From: Bacilli bacterium
GTDB taxonomy: Bacteria; Bacillota_I; Bacilli_A; RFN20; UBA1709
Length of the DNA stretch: 64,000 nucleotides
Direction: 5' to 3'
Assembly: GCA_045600465.1 (NCBI GenBank)
Contig: JAZRXY010000028.1
Location: 55,577 to 119,576, forward strand
Shown: in pieces, positions 45,519 to 58,200 of the stretch
How the letters are laid out: each line of letters opens with the position of its first letter
Numbering within the stretch: the first letter of the stretch is position 1
Translations under genes and position numbers: made by a program
The notes under the pieces: model-generated
The model's input: the letters and a program-made list of their open reading frames with translations, nothing else
What the model was told of the DNA's origin: nothing
Databases searched by the model: none

Positions 45519-46739
45519 ATGACAAAATTAGGATTGAAGAATATAGGAGATGTCGCGAACAAAGTCGTTATCGTTCGTGTCGATTTTAATGTACCTTTAA
45601 AAGGTGGAAAGTGTAGCGATGAAACTAGAATCGTTGAAGCACTTCCAACAATCAAGGAATTACAAAAACTTAATGCTAGAATAGTCTTATTATCTCACCT
45701 AGGAAAAGTAAACCATAAAGACAAAGAACAAGAAAAATTAGATATGCAAAAAAACAATATGGAACTAATCTTGCCCGTAGTTAAAAAGTATATTAAGAAA
45801 GGTCTATATTATTGCGAAGAAACTAAAGGTAAAAAATTAGAAGAAGCAATCAAAAACTTAAAAGAAAAAGAAGTGTTGCTTGTTCAAAATACTAGATATG
45901 AAATAGGTGAAGAAAAAAATGATGATAAACTAGCTTCTTATTGGGCTTCTTTAGCAGACGCTTATGTTAATGATGCTTTTGGTAGTGCGCATAGAAAACA
46001 TGCGTCAACATATGGTATTGCTGATGAAATGATTAAAGCAAAAAAGAAAGCAGTACTAGGATTATTAGTTGAAAAAGAAGTTGAATCACTAACTAAATGT
46101 GTTGAAGCAAAAGAACATCCATATGTTGCAATTTTAGGTGGTGCCAAAGTTTCTGACAAAATCAAAGTAATCGAAAAATTACTTGATAAAGCAGATAGCA
46201 TTATTATTGGCGGAGCAATGGCATATACATTTTTAAAAGCTAAAGGACTAAAGGTTGGCAAATCACTAGTTGAAGAAGATCAATTAGAGTTTGCTAAATC
46301 ATGTCTAGTGAAAGGTGGCAAAAAGATTGTGCTACCAATTGACCACGTTATTGCAGAATCATTAGAAGATCCAAAAGATATTAGAAACACATTAAGTGGA
46401 AATATCGTTGATGGATTTATTGGTTTAGATATTGGAATTAGAAGTATTGATTTATACAAAAATGCATTGAAAGATGCAAAAGTTATATTCTGGAATGGCC
46501 CAATGGGTATGTTTGAAAATTCTTGGTTTTCAAAAGGAACATTTGGCATTTGTCAAGCAATTGCAGTTTTAAAACAAACATTTAGTGTTGTTGGTGGTGG
46601 CGATAGTGCTGCTGCAGTAACAGAGTTTGGATTTAAAGAAAAATTCAGTCATGTTTCTACTGGTGGTGGAGCATCATTAGAGATGATTGAAAATGATGGA
46701 CATTTACCATGCATTGATATCATTCCCGATTCAAAGTAG
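45519..46739 (+). CDS. pgk: phosphoglycerate kinase
   Basis: RVDFNVPL, AFGSAHR, GGGDSAAA. Confidence 0.95.
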   Translation: MTKLGLKNIGDVANKVVIVRVDFNVPLKGGKCSDETRIVEALPTIKELQKLNARIVLLSHLGKVNHKDKEQEKLDMQKNNMELILPVVKKYIKKGLYYCEETKGKKLEEAIKNLKEKEVLLVQNTRYEIGEEKNDDKLASYWASLADAYVNDAFGSAHRKHASTYGIADEMIKAKKKAVLGLLVEKEVESLTKCVEAKEHPYVAILGGAKVSDKIKVIEKLLDKADSIIIGGAMAYTFLKAKGLKVGKSLVEEDQLEFAKSCLVKGGKKIVLPIDHVIAESLEDPKDIRNTLSGNIVDGFIGLDIGIRSIDLYKNALKDAKVIFWNGPMGMFENSWFSKGTFGICQAIAVLKQTFSVVGGGDSAAAVTEFGFKEKFSHVSTGGGASLEMIENDGHLPCIDIIPDSK

Positions 46740-46750
46740 AGGTAATATAT

Positions 46751-47506
46751 ATGAGAAATAAGGTTATTTTTGGTAACTGGAAGATGCATAAAACAATTCA
46801 AGAAGCTGTTGATTTTATCAATGACTTTGATAGTTTTGCTTATGAATGTAAGAAAAAAGGAATTGTTGTTGGGATTGCTCCTTCCTTTTTGGCGTTAGAA
46901 GCTTTACAAGTTAAAGCAACCTATACCATTATTGCTAGTCAAAATGTTAATGAGAATAATGATGGAGCATATACTGGGGAAATTAGTATTCCAATGTTAA
47001 AAGAGATTGGGGTTTTATATAGCTTAGTAGGACATTCTGAAAGAAGAAACTATTATAACGAAACTAACATTTCCTGCAATGCAAAAATAAAAGCATTATC
47101 CTTAAATAATATGTTTGCTATTTATTGTGTGGGTGAAAATTTAAGTGAATATGAAAATGGCCTATCAAAAGATGTCGTAAAAAGACAACTTGTTGAAGGC
47201 TTAAAAGATTTAAAATCAAGTTATGTTAAAAATATGATTATTGCTTATGAACCTGTTTGGTCTATTGGAACAGGACATAATGCTTCTTCTTCGATTGCTG
47301 AAGATATGTGCTGTTACATAAGAGAAACGCTAAAAGAATTATATGGTGAAGAAGTAGCTAATAGTATCATCATTCAATATGGCGGTAGCGTAAATAAAGA
47401 GAACGCTAAAGAATATTTAAGCCAAAATAATGTTGATGGTGTACTTGTTGGTGGTGCAAGTTTGAAACTAGAAGATTTCAAGGATATTATTTCGAGTATT
47501 TTTTAG
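46751..47506 (+). CDS. tpiA: triose-phosphate isomerase
   Basis: GNWKMHK, GHSERR, AYEPVWSIGTG. Confidence 0.95.
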   Translation: MRNKVIFGNWKMHKTIQEAVDFINDFDSFAYECKKKGIVVGIAPSFLALEALQVKATYTIIASQNVNENNDGAYTGEISIPMLKEIGVLYSLVGHSERRNYYNETNISCNAKIKALSLNNMFAIYCVGENLSEYENGLSKDVVKRQLVEGLKDLKSSYVKNMIIAYEPVWSIGTGHNASSSIAEDMCCYIRETLKELYGEEVANSIIIQYGGSVNKENAKEYLSQNNVDGVLVGGASLKLEDFKDIISSIF

Positions 47507-47516
47507 GAGGTAAAAG

Positions 47517-50328
<2,812 letters not shown>

Positions 50329-50332
50329 AAAT

Positions 50333-50356
50333 AAGGAAGCAAGGGCTTCCTTTTCT
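50333..50356 (+). terminator. intrinsic terminator of the glycolytic operon
   Basis: AAGGAAGC-aagg-GCTTCCTT followed by TT. Confidence 0.8.
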
Positions 50357-50392
50357 TTACTATGATTTGAATTAAGATTATAATCTAGTTAT

Positions 50393-50475
50393 GCGATAGT
50401 GGCGGAATTGGTATACGCGCACGTTTGAGGGGCGTGTGGGCAACCATACGAGTTCAAGTCTCGTCTATCGCACCA
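50393..50475 (+). tRNA. tRNA-Leu (anticodon GAG), class II long variable arm, encoded CCA
   Basis: Hand-folded: acceptor GCGATAG/CTATCGC, anticodon loop TT-GAG-GG, T-loop TTCAAGT. 83 nt. Confidence 0.85.
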
Positions 50476-50510
50476 AGTGATAATTATTACTAAGAAATGG
50501 AGATGTTTTT

Positions 50511-51062
50511 ATGAAAGATAGTAAAAAATTCTTAGTTGTCATGATAATTAACGTTGTCTTACTTGTTGCAGCCATTATTATCAATATAATTGGCTTAAAC
50601 TTTACTATTAGTCCTCAACTTATTGTAAACTTAGTTGCAATCGCATTTGCAATGGCTTATTTAATCTTTGATTATACTAAAGAAGGGAACAAACTTTTTA
50701 GATTATTTGTTGGTTTTTTAGCGATCAAAGAGATTTATGCTATTGTTAATATGGCGATGTTTGAAATAGTTCCATGGTTTGCGATTGTTTTAACTGTAAT
50801 TTCTTATTCAGCGCCTTTATTAATTTGTTTAAGTAAAGATTTTGGCGCAAAAAAATCATATGCAACTTGTTTTGTTTATATAGCAGTATCAATTGCAAGT
50901 TTAGTTTATACTAGTGTAATGCTACCAGGATTGGTTAATGGTGGAACAATGGAAGGTACAGTACTTGCGATTTATAATACTACTAGATTGATTCTAACTC
51001 TTATTTTATTACTTATGGTTTATGCTAAGTATCAAGATAAGTATTCTAGGGGTAGTAAATAG
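50511..51062 (+). CDS. hypothetical polytopic membrane protein
   Basis: 183 aa with 5-6 TM segments; no recognisable motif. Confidence 0.6.
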   Translation: MKDSKKFLVVMIINVVLLVAAIIINIIGLNFTISPQLIVNLVAIAFAMAYLIFDYTKEGNKLFRLFVGFLAIKEIYAIVNMAMFEIVPWFAIVLTVISYSAPLLICLSKDFGAKKSYATCFVYIAVSIASLVYTSVMLPGLVNGGTMEGTVLAIYNTTRLILTLILLLMVYAKYQDKYSRGSK

Positions 51063-51086
51063 TATTTTTTACAAACAAGTAAAAAT

Positions 51087-51116
51087 AAAACTCAATTCGG
51101 TGGAATTGAGTTTTTT
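51087..51116. terminator. bidirectional intrinsic terminator
   Basis: AAAACTCAATTC-ggtg-GAATTGAGTTTT. Confidence 0.8.
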
Positions 51117-51120
51117 GTTT

Positions 51121-51738
51121 TTAGCGTTTTGTTAGGCCGTCAGTGAGAAGTTTTTTAACAGTATCGACTCTAACTTCAACTTCTGCTGGAACCATTTTTG
51201 AATTATAGAACAAAGTTTCTAGACCAAGGTAAGTTGAGATACCCATTAAGATGTAGGAAAGTGCATTTGAATCAACATCACTTCTAATTTCACTATTCTT
51301 AATAGATTCATTCAAACGTTTTACATAAGAGCGAGAGAATGATTCGTAGTATGACTTAAACATTTCTGGGTCTACTGTTAATCCTTGCCAAATAATACTA
51401 TAAATATGTGGATTTTGTTGAATAAAGTCGATATATGCATTCAAACCACGGGCTTCTGCTTCTATACGATCTTTACAATTTTCAACAGCTTTATTAATGG
51501 CAAGCCTAATATCGTGTTGATAAGAAATAACTAGGTATCGATATAAATCTTGCTTGGTTGGGAAATAGATGTAGAAAGTTCCTACTCCTAATTTGGCATC
51601 TTCAGTGATATCTTGCACTGAAGTGTTGTGGTAGCTATTTTTATAAAAAAGCTTTTCAGCTGAAGATAATATTTTGTTAAATGTTTCAGTGCCTTTTCTT
51701 GTTTTAGGAGCACTGATGTTCGGTCTAATTGAAATCAT
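51121..51738 (-). CDS. TetR/AcrR family transcriptional regulator
   Basis: N-terminal HTH (FNKILSSAEKLFYKNSYHNTSVQDITEDAKLGVGTFYIYF). It is divergent from the cluster. Confidence 0.85.
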   Translation of the reverse strand: MISIRPNISAPKTRKGTETFNKILSSAEKLFYKNSYHNTSVQDITEDAKLGVGTFYIYFPTKQDLYRYLVISYQHDIRLAINKAVENCKDRIEAEARGLNAYIDFIQQNPHIYSIIWQGLTVDPEMFKSYYESFSRSYVKRLNESIKNSEIRSDVDSNALSYILMGISTYLGLETLFYNSKMVPAEVEVRVDTVKKLLTDGLTKR

Positions 51739-51819
51739 TAAGTTATTCCTCCTTTTTTTAGGGATTGTTTATATTTAATCATAAATGATTAAGGGTTGCA
51801 ATAGTTTTTCAAAAAAAAT

Positions 51820-51837
51820 ATGAATGCTAGCGTTCAT
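51820..51837. promoter_or_regulatory. 18-bp near-palindrome ATGAATGCTAGCGTTCAT (16 of 18 symmetric), candidate TetR operator
   Basis: It lies between the divergent promoters, 18 nt from the tetR -35 (TTGCAA at 51796-51801). Confidence 0.45.
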
Positions 51838-51902
51838 AAAAATATTCTTGCATTACTACGTAATAGTGTTAAAATAAAGGTAACCGAATAGGTGTTCATA
51901 AT

Positions 51903-51926
51903 TTTTGGCACTTATAATAGCCAAAA
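51903..51926. promoter_or_regulatory. inverted repeat TTTTGGC-N10-GCCAAAA enclosing the TATAAT (51913-51918) of the cluster promoter
   Basis: Read directly from the sequence; operator-over-promoter geometry. Confidence 0.45.
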
Positions 51927-51995
51927 TTTGAATCGCCTAATATAAATCATGGAATATTTTTTAGAACAGGCAAGTTAATGCGTTTACGTTTCAAA

Positions 51996-52009
51996 AGTAA
52001 GCGCTTTAG
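51996..52009. promoter_or_regulatory. weak cre-like box AGTAAGCGCTTTAG in the 5' leader of the cluster
   Basis: The central GTAAGCGCTTT core matches cre; the outer positions do not. Confidence 0.25.
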
Positions 52010-52058
52010 TATCTAAAATAATATTCTCCCATGGTATCAATTGAAGGAGGAAATTATT

Positions 52059-52781
52059 ATGGGAAGACTAGATGGTAAAGTATGTATTGTTACAGGAGGA
52101 GCAAAAGGATTAGGCCAAGCAATGGCAGAAACTTTTGCAAGAGAAGGCGCTAATGTTATTGCATGTGACGTTATGCCATTAACATATGAATGCAAAAATG
52201 TTGAATGGTTCAAAGTTAACGTTGCTAGCGTTGAGGATTGCAAGGCAGTAACAGAACACGCAATGAAGAAATTTGGCCATATCGACGTATTAGTAAATAA
52301 CGCTGGTGTTACAAGAGACGCATTAACACATAAGATGACAGATGAAATGTGGGATACAGTTATTGGTATCAACCTAAAAGGACCATTCAACATGGTTAGA
52401 GAAATTGGCCCAAAGATGATGGAAGCAGGAAAAGGCTCAATCATTTCAATCTCATCAGTTGTTGGCGAATATGGTAACGTTGGACAAGCTAACTATGCAG
52501 CAACAAAATCAGGCTTATTTGCAATGACAAAATCATGGGCAAAAGAATTTGCAAGAAAAGGTGCACAAGTTAGAGCTAACACAATCGCTCCAGGTTACAC
52601 AATGACAGATATTCTAAAGACTGTTCCAGAAGCATTACTAAATGAATTCAAGAGCAGAACAATGTTAGGAAGACTTGGCGAACCACAAGATATCGCTAAC
52701 GCAGCACTATTCCTAGCAAGTGATGAAGCATGCTACGTAACAGGCACAAATCTATCTGTTAACGGCGGAATGAGACTATAA
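52059..52781 (+). CDS. FabG-like 3-oxoacyl-(ACP/CoA) reductase (SDR)
   Basis: TGGAKGLG, NNAGVTRD, catalytic YAATK. The ATG at 52059 follows a GGAGG SD. Confidence 0.85.
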   Translation: MGRLDGKVCIVTGGAKGLGQAMAETFAREGANVIACDVMPLTYECKNVEWFKVNVASVEDCKAVTEHAMKKFGHIDVLVNNAGVTRDALTHKMTDEMWDTVIGINLKGPFNMVREIGPKMMEAGKGSIISISSVVGEYGNVGQANYAATKSGLFAMTKSWAKEFARKGAQVRANTIAPGYTMTDILKTVPEALLNEFKSRTMLGRLGEPQDIANAALFLASDEACYVTGTNLSVNGGMRL

Positions 52782-52814
52782 TTCTTACTCATATAAGGAA
52801 ACGAGGTAATCAAG

Positions 52815-53840
52815 ATGGCTAAACCAACAGTAGGTATTGTCGGAACTGGTATTTATCTACCAAAGTACACAATGTCAGCAAAAGAAATTTCTGAAGCTAC
52901 AGGCGGAGTATGGAGTGAAGAAGCAGTTCGCGATAAATTAGGTATTAATAAGAAGTACATTCCAGGTCCTGGTATCGAAGACGGTACACAAGAAATGGGA
53001 GTTAAGGCAGCATTAGATTGTTTAAAAAATACAGGTGTTGATCCAAAAGAAATCGACGTAGTTCTATGCATCGGTGAAGAGTGGAAAGAATATCCACTAA
53101 CAACATCAGCAGTTTATATTCAAGAAAAAATCGGTGCAACAAATGCTTGGGGTATCGATGTTCAAAACAGATGCTGTACATGTGTCTCTGCAATGGAAAT
53201 TGCACGTGACATGTTAATCGCTGATGACTCAATCAACACGATTATGGTCGTTGGTGGTTATCGTAATGGAGACTTTATTGATTTCAAAGATAACAACGTA
53301 TCAATGATGTTCAACCTTGGCGCAGGCGGAGGAGCTATCATTCTAAAGAAGAATTATGGTAGAAACAACCTTCTAGCATCACACATTATGTCAGATGGTT
53401 CATTAGCAAGAACAGCTGGTGTTCAAATCGGTGGTCAAGCAGAACCATATACAAAAGACAATATCGATGAAGCAATGAAATCATTAAGACTATTAGATCC
53501 AGTAACGATGAAGAATAGACTTAACGAAGTTTCAATGCCTAACTGGTACAAATGTATTGATAAATCATTTGAAAAAGCAGGACTTCCTAAGAAAATTGAC
53601 TATCTAGCAATTCTTCACATGAAGAAATCAGGTCACTTAGGAATGCTAAAAGATTTAGGTCTAACTGAAGATCAAGCAATTTATCTATCAGATTATGGAC
53701 ATATTGGTCAAGTAGACCAAATTCTATCATTACACCTAGCTTTACAACAAGGTAAAGTTAAAGATGGCAGTATCGTTTGTATGATCGCAGCTGGTATTGG
53801 TTATGTTTGGTCAGCAAACGTTATTAAATGGGGTGAGTAA
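52815..53840 (+). CDS. KAS-III (FabH)-like thiolase-fold condensing enzyme, atypical
   Basis: 341 aa with FabH-like N- and C-terminal halves. Candidate Cys in QNRCCTCVSAM and His in ILHMKK. YGHIGQ sits where FabH has GNTSAAS. Confidence 0.7.
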   Translation: MAKPTVGIVGTGIYLPKYTMSAKEISEATGGVWSEEAVRDKLGINKKYIPGPGIEDGTQEMGVKAALDCLKNTGVDPKEIDVVLCIGEEWKEYPLTTSAVYIQEKIGATNAWGIDVQNRCCTCVSAMEIARDMLIADDSINTIMVVGGYRNGDFIDFKDNNVSMMFNLGAGGGAIILKKNYGRNNLLASHIMSDGSLARTAGVQIGGQAEPYTKDNIDEAMKSLRLLDPVTMKNRLNEVSMPNWYKCIDKSFEKAGLPKKIDYLAILHMKKSGHLGMLKDLGLTEDQAIYLSDYGHIGQVDQILSLHLALQQGKVKDGSIVCMIAAGIGYVWSANVIKWGE

Positions 53841-53846
53841 TATATT

Positions 53847-54761
53847 ATGAGCGTACTACAAGTTTTATTAAGTTCATTACCACTAATTGGCTGCTACTCA
53901 CTAGCAACATTTGGTATTGTCCTTATCTTTAGAACTTCAGCAACAACAAACTACGCTCAAGGTTTAATTGGTAGTGCTGGTGCTTTCATTGCAGCCTACT
54001 TCTCAATTCACGTATTTGGAAGAACTAATTACATCTTGGCAACAGTTATTGCAATGGCTATTGCGTTCTTGTTTGGAGTTTTCGTGGATTCAGGTATTAT
54101 CAAGCGTGGAGATAACTTAAACCCTGCACAAAAGCAAATTGTTACAATGGGTTTATTACTTATCATTAATGCTGTAACACCTATTATCTTCAAGTCATCA
54201 ATTATTTCACAAAATAACGCCGTTCCATACATCTTCAATACAGAATCATGGATGGGTTCATTCCTTTACGTAGGTAAAGGAACAAGTTGGGGTGGATATA
54301 TCACGGCTCAACAACTAACAACATTTTTAGTTGCATTGGTTGTCTTAGGTGCGGTTTTCGCGGCTCTAAAGTTCACAAAATGGGGACTTTCAGTTAGAGC
54401 AACAGCATCAAATGAAACAGTTGGACAAATGATGGGTATTAACACACGCTTTGTCTCAGCTATCTCATGGGGTATCTCAGCAGCATTAGTTACATTATCA
54501 GCATGTTTACTAGCTGGTACACCTATTTCAACAGCCATGATGGGAAATATCCAAGTATTCGGTTTCTTATCAGTTGTTCTTGGTGGTCTAACAAGCTTTT
54601 TTGCCCCAATTATCGGTACAATCATTATTCCTATTCTATACATCACATTCACAGGATGGACATCAGTTTGGGGAGATGCATTCGTATTCGTCGCAGTTTT
54701 ACTTCTAATTATCCTATTCCCTAATGGATTGTTCGGTAAGAAAACTGTAAAGAAAGTGTAG
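53847..54761 (+). CDS. branched-chain-amino-acid-type ABC permease (LivH-like)
   Basis: 304-aa polytopic protein, LivH-family pattern. Confidence 0.8.
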   Translation: MSVLQVLLSSLPLIGCYSLATFGIVLIFRTSATTNYAQGLIGSAGAFIAAYFSIHVFGRTNYILATVIAMAIAFLFGVFVDSGIIKRGDNLNPAQKQIVTMGLLLIINAVTPIIFKSSIISQNNAVPYIFNTESWMGSFLYVGKGTSWGGYITAQQLTTFLVALVVLGAVFAALKFTKWGLSVRATASNETVGQMMGINTRFVSAISWGISAALVTLSACLLAGTPISTAMMGNIQVFGFLSVVLGGLTSFFAPIIGTIIIPILYITFTGWTSVWGDAFVFVAVLLLIILFPNGLFGKKTVKKV

Positions 54762-54770
54762 GTGTGGCGT

Positions 54771-55859
54771 ATGTTAAAATATCAACACAAGTCAAACACT
54801 TTAGAAAAACTAAGCCAAAATACAAAAAAATCTGGTGTTAGTTTCATTATTTTAGGGATTATTCTAACAATAGTTATGATTCTATCTGCCACAAGAGTTA
54901 TTCAAGGAACTTTCGGCACTAAATTAGCTGAAGTTATTGTATATGCTATTATCGCAATTGGTTTTTCATATCTAATTGGATATTCTGGCTTAGCATCACT
55001 AGGAACAGCAGGTCTAGTTGGAGTTGGCGCATATATATGCGCGATCTTCACTAAAAAAGCTGTTACATTAGGATGGATTGCACATGGATGGTCAATTATC
55101 GTTATTGCAATTGTTGCATTAATTGCAGCGTTAATCATTGGCTTAGTCATTGGTTTTGCTTCCTTACGTATTGAAGGTCTATTCCTTGCAATTGTTACAT
55201 TAGGTCTATCAGAAGTTTTAAACAAAGTATTCATTAACGCTAATACAATTACAGATGGTGTTAACGGATACACTATTCCTTATACATATTTGTTTGGGGA
55301 TATTCAAATAGGAAAACTAGGAATGAATATCACGATGTGCGTAGTTCTAGTTTTAATCCTAATTATTACAAATAACGTTGGTAAATCAGCAACAGGTCGT
55401 GCAATGTTATCAATGAAAAACTCAACATCAGCAGCACAAGCTATGGGTATTAGCTTACTAAAATATAGACTAATGGCTTTCATGCTATCAACAGCATATG
55501 CAGCATTAGCAGGCGTTCTATATATGGCTGTCACAAAATTCACAGTACCAAGCAAATGGAGTTTAGTATTCTCACTAAACATCCTTGCAGCATGTGTATT
55601 CGGTGGATCTCGTAACTTATGGGGCATTATGTTTGGTGCATTCTTGATTTTTGGTCTAGAACCACTATTCTTAGTTAACGTTACATTACTAAGAGATAAC
55701 TCATGGTTACTAAGCGTTATTATTGGTGTTATTCTAATTCTTATCGTTTTGTTCTATCGTGGTGGTGTCATCCAACTATTAAACGATATCAAACGTGGAT
55801 TTATGAAATTAACAAGAAGATGGAGGGCAAAGAAGTATGGCTACGATGAAGAACAATAA
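54771..55859 (+). CDS. branched-chain-amino-acid-type ABC permease (LivM-like)
   Basis: GYSGLASLGTAGLVGVGAY. The ATG at 54771 is preferred over the GTG at 54762. Confidence 0.8.
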   Translation: MLKYQHKSNTLEKLSQNTKKSGVSFIILGIILTIVMILSATRVIQGTFGTKLAEVIVYAIIAIGFSYLIGYSGLASLGTAGLVGVGAYICAIFTKKAVTLGWIAHGWSIIVIAIVALIAALIIGLVIGFASLRIEGLFLAIVTLGLSEVLNKVFINANTITDGVNGYTIPYTYLFGDIQIGKLGMNITMCVVLVLILIITNNVGKSATGRAMLSMKNSTSAAQAMGISLLKYRLMAFMLSTAYAALAGVLYMAVTKFTVPSKWSLVFSLNILAACVFGGSRNLWGIMFGAFLIFGLEPLFLVNVTLLRDNSWLLSVIIGVILILIVLFYRGGVIQLLNDIKRGFMKLTRRWRAKKYGYDEEQ

Positions 55860-57408
55860 GAAAAAAGAAAGTCCTACAAATCAAGGCCAAAAATTTGGTG
55901 TCAAATTAAACAGGGACATTGAAAGAATTAAACAAGCCTTCAATAAAGATAAGAATTATGAAAAACAAGTTTCTAATAAAATTGAAAAATTAGAATATCA
56001 AATCTCTCTACATAAAGAATATCCAGGATTAAAAGAGGCAAAATTCAACGAAGCAATCAAAGCAAAAATTGATAACTTCAATGAAAAACACTATCGTAAT
56101 CTTGGCGCATTAGAACTAAAGACAGTTTCAGTCGAAGAAGAATTTGAAGTAGTCTATGCTAGAAGCGAAGAAAAACGCAACAAAGCAAAAGAACTAGACT
56201 TCAGAGCAGAAAGAATGAACATCTTACGTGCTCATAATATGATTGATAAGAACTATCACATTGTTGGAACAATCGAAAAGGATGTTCAAACTGAAATTGA
56301 TAAGGCAAAAAAAGAAGTTGAAGCAAAATATGCAAAACTTCATGATGACGAAAAAGCAAAATATGTTGCAGCAAACGCAAAACGTGATAGCGCAACATTA
56401 AAAGCAAATAAAGAGGTTTTTGACAAAGCAGAAAAAGAATACAAAGCAGTTTTAAAAGAATTTGAAGATTCTTTAAAATCAAAATATGATGAAAAGTTAA
56501 AAGAGTATACTAAAAAAGAAGAAGCTACAGTCAAAAAACTAGAAGCAAATTTAGCCGAAGAAGAAAAGAAGATGGCTGAAATTATTGCTAAAAACAACGA
56601 AAAATATGGTGAATATCAATTACCAAGTGATGTCGTCTTAAGACTAGAGGGACTATCAATGCACTTTGGTGGTCTAAAAGCAGTCGACAACTTAACAGTT
56701 GATATTAAAGAAGGCGAAGTATTCGGATTGATTGGTCCTAACGGAGCTGGGAAAACAACAGTATTCAACTGTATCACACAATTCTACAAACCAACATTTG
56801 GAAAAGTTTGGTACAAAGATGCTGAGGGACGTGCTCTATGCTTAAATGATTACGCAGTTCATAACGTTATCAAATTAGGTATTGTTCGTACATTCCAAAA
56901 CGTTGAACTTATTCCAGAATTAACAGTTCTTCAAAACCTATTAATTGCTGCTCATACAGAAATTAAAACAAATTTATTCCATCATATGGTTCAAACATCA
57001 CGTGTTAAACAAGAAGAGGCTATTCTATATAACCGTGCTATGAAGGTTCTTGAATATCTAGATCTTGTATCAATCAAAGATGTCCCACCAGTTGGATTAC
57101 CATATGGTATCTTAAAGAAAATAGAATTAGCTCGTACATTAATGGCTAATGCACGTGTCATCATTCTTGATGAACCTGCAGCAGGCTTAAATGAAACAGA
57201 AACAGCAGAACTTGCACGTTTAATTAAGAAGATTCAAAAAGACTTCCATGTTACTATTTTCTTAGTTGAACACGATATGGGACTTGTTATGGGTATTTGT
57301 GATCACATTTGTGCTATTTCATTCGGTAAGAAACTAGCATACGGTACACCACAAGAAATTCAAGCTGACCCATACGTACAAGAAGCTTACTTAGGAAGTG
57401 AGGGTTAA
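55837..57408 (+). CDS. LivG-like ABC ATPase with an N-terminal Lys/Glu-rich coiled-coil extension of about 260 aa
   Basis: The C-terminal half has GPNGAGKTT, ILDEPAAGLN and the LivG-type tail (DPYVQEAYLG). The N-terminal half is a K/E/A heptad-like sequence. Confidence 0.8.
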   Translation: MATMKNNKKKESPTNQGQKFGVKLNRDIERIKQAFNKDKNYEKQVSNKIEKLEYQISLHKEYPGLKEAKFNEAIKAKIDNFNEKHYRNLGALELKTVSVEEEFEVVYARSEEKRNKAKELDFRAERMNILRAHNMIDKNYHIVGTIEKDVQTEIDKAKKEVEAKYAKLHDDEKAKYVAANAKRDSATLKANKEVFDKAEKEYKAVLKEFEDSLKSKYDEKLKEYTKKEEATVKKLEANLAEEEKKMAEIIAKNNEKYGEYQLPSDVVLRLEGLSMHFGGLKAVDNLTVDIKEGEVFGLIGPNGAGKTTVFNCITQFYKPTFGKVWYKDAEGRALCLNDYAVHNVIKLGIVRTFQNVELIPELTVLQNLLIAAHTEIKTNLFHHMVQTSRVKQEEAILYNRAMKVLEYLDLVSIKDVPPVGLPYGILKKIELARTLMANARVIILDEPAAGLNETETAELARLIKKIQKDFHVTIFLVEHDMGLVMGICDHICAISFGKKLAYGTPQEIQADPYVQEAYLGSEG

Positions 57409-57410
57409 TT

Positions 57411-58175
57411 ATGGGAAACATTTTAGAGATTAAGAATTTAAATGTTACTTATGGAGCAATCCATGCACTTCAAGACGTTAACATTAATGTTCCTGAAGGA
57501 AGTATCGTTGCACTATTAGGATCTAATGGTGCAGGAAAATCCACAACCCTAAGAACGATTAGTGGAGTAGTTAAGGCCAAAAGTGGAGAAATTCTACTTA
57601 ATGGTGAAAATATTTTAAATAAACGTCCTTATCACATTGCTAAGGAAGGTATTATTCAATCACCTGAAGGAAGAATGATTCTAAATGGCTTAACTGTTGA
57701 AGATAATCTAAAAGTAGGAGCATATGCTACAAAGGGTCAAACTATCATTGAGGATGGGAAAGAAGTAAAACTAACAAAGGCTCAAGTAATTGAACGTAAC
57801 TTTGAAAGAGTTTACAAACACTTCCCAATTCTAAAAGAAAGAGCAACCCAACAAGCAAGCACACTATCTGGTGGTGAGCAACAAATGCTTGCTATCGGAA
57901 GAGCTTTAATGGCTAGCCCAAAGGTTCTACTATTAGACGAGCCTTCCTTAGGTCTCGCACCTCTAATTGTTAGAGATATTTTCAAGATTATTCTAGAACT
58001 AAAGCGCGAGGGAAGCACAATCTTGATTGTTGAACAAAATGCGTTTCAAACATTAAAGATTGCTGATTATGCTTATGTTCTTGATTTAGGTAAGATAAGT
58101 ATGGAAGGTAAGGCACAAGACTTATTAAAAGATGAAAAACTTATCGAGGCTTACCTAGGAGAAAAGAAAGCCTAA
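57411..58175 (+). CDS. LivF-like ABC ATPase
   Basis: GSNGAGKST, LSGGEQQMLAIGRAL, LLLDEPSLGLAP. Confidence 0.9.
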   Translation: MGNILEIKNLNVTYGAIHALQDVNINVPEGSIVALLGSNGAGKSTTLRTISGVVKAKSGEILLNGENILNKRPYHIAKEGIIQSPEGRMILNGLTVEDNLKVGAYATKGQTIIEDGKEVKLTKAQVIERNFERVYKHFPILKERATQQASTLSGGEQQMLAIGRALMASPKVLLLDEPSLGLAPLIVRDIFKIILELKREGSTILIVEQNAFQTLKIADYAYVLDLGKISMEGKAQDLLKDEKLIEAYLGEKKA

Positions 58176-58200
58176 AAAAATTATTAGTGGAGGAAAACAT

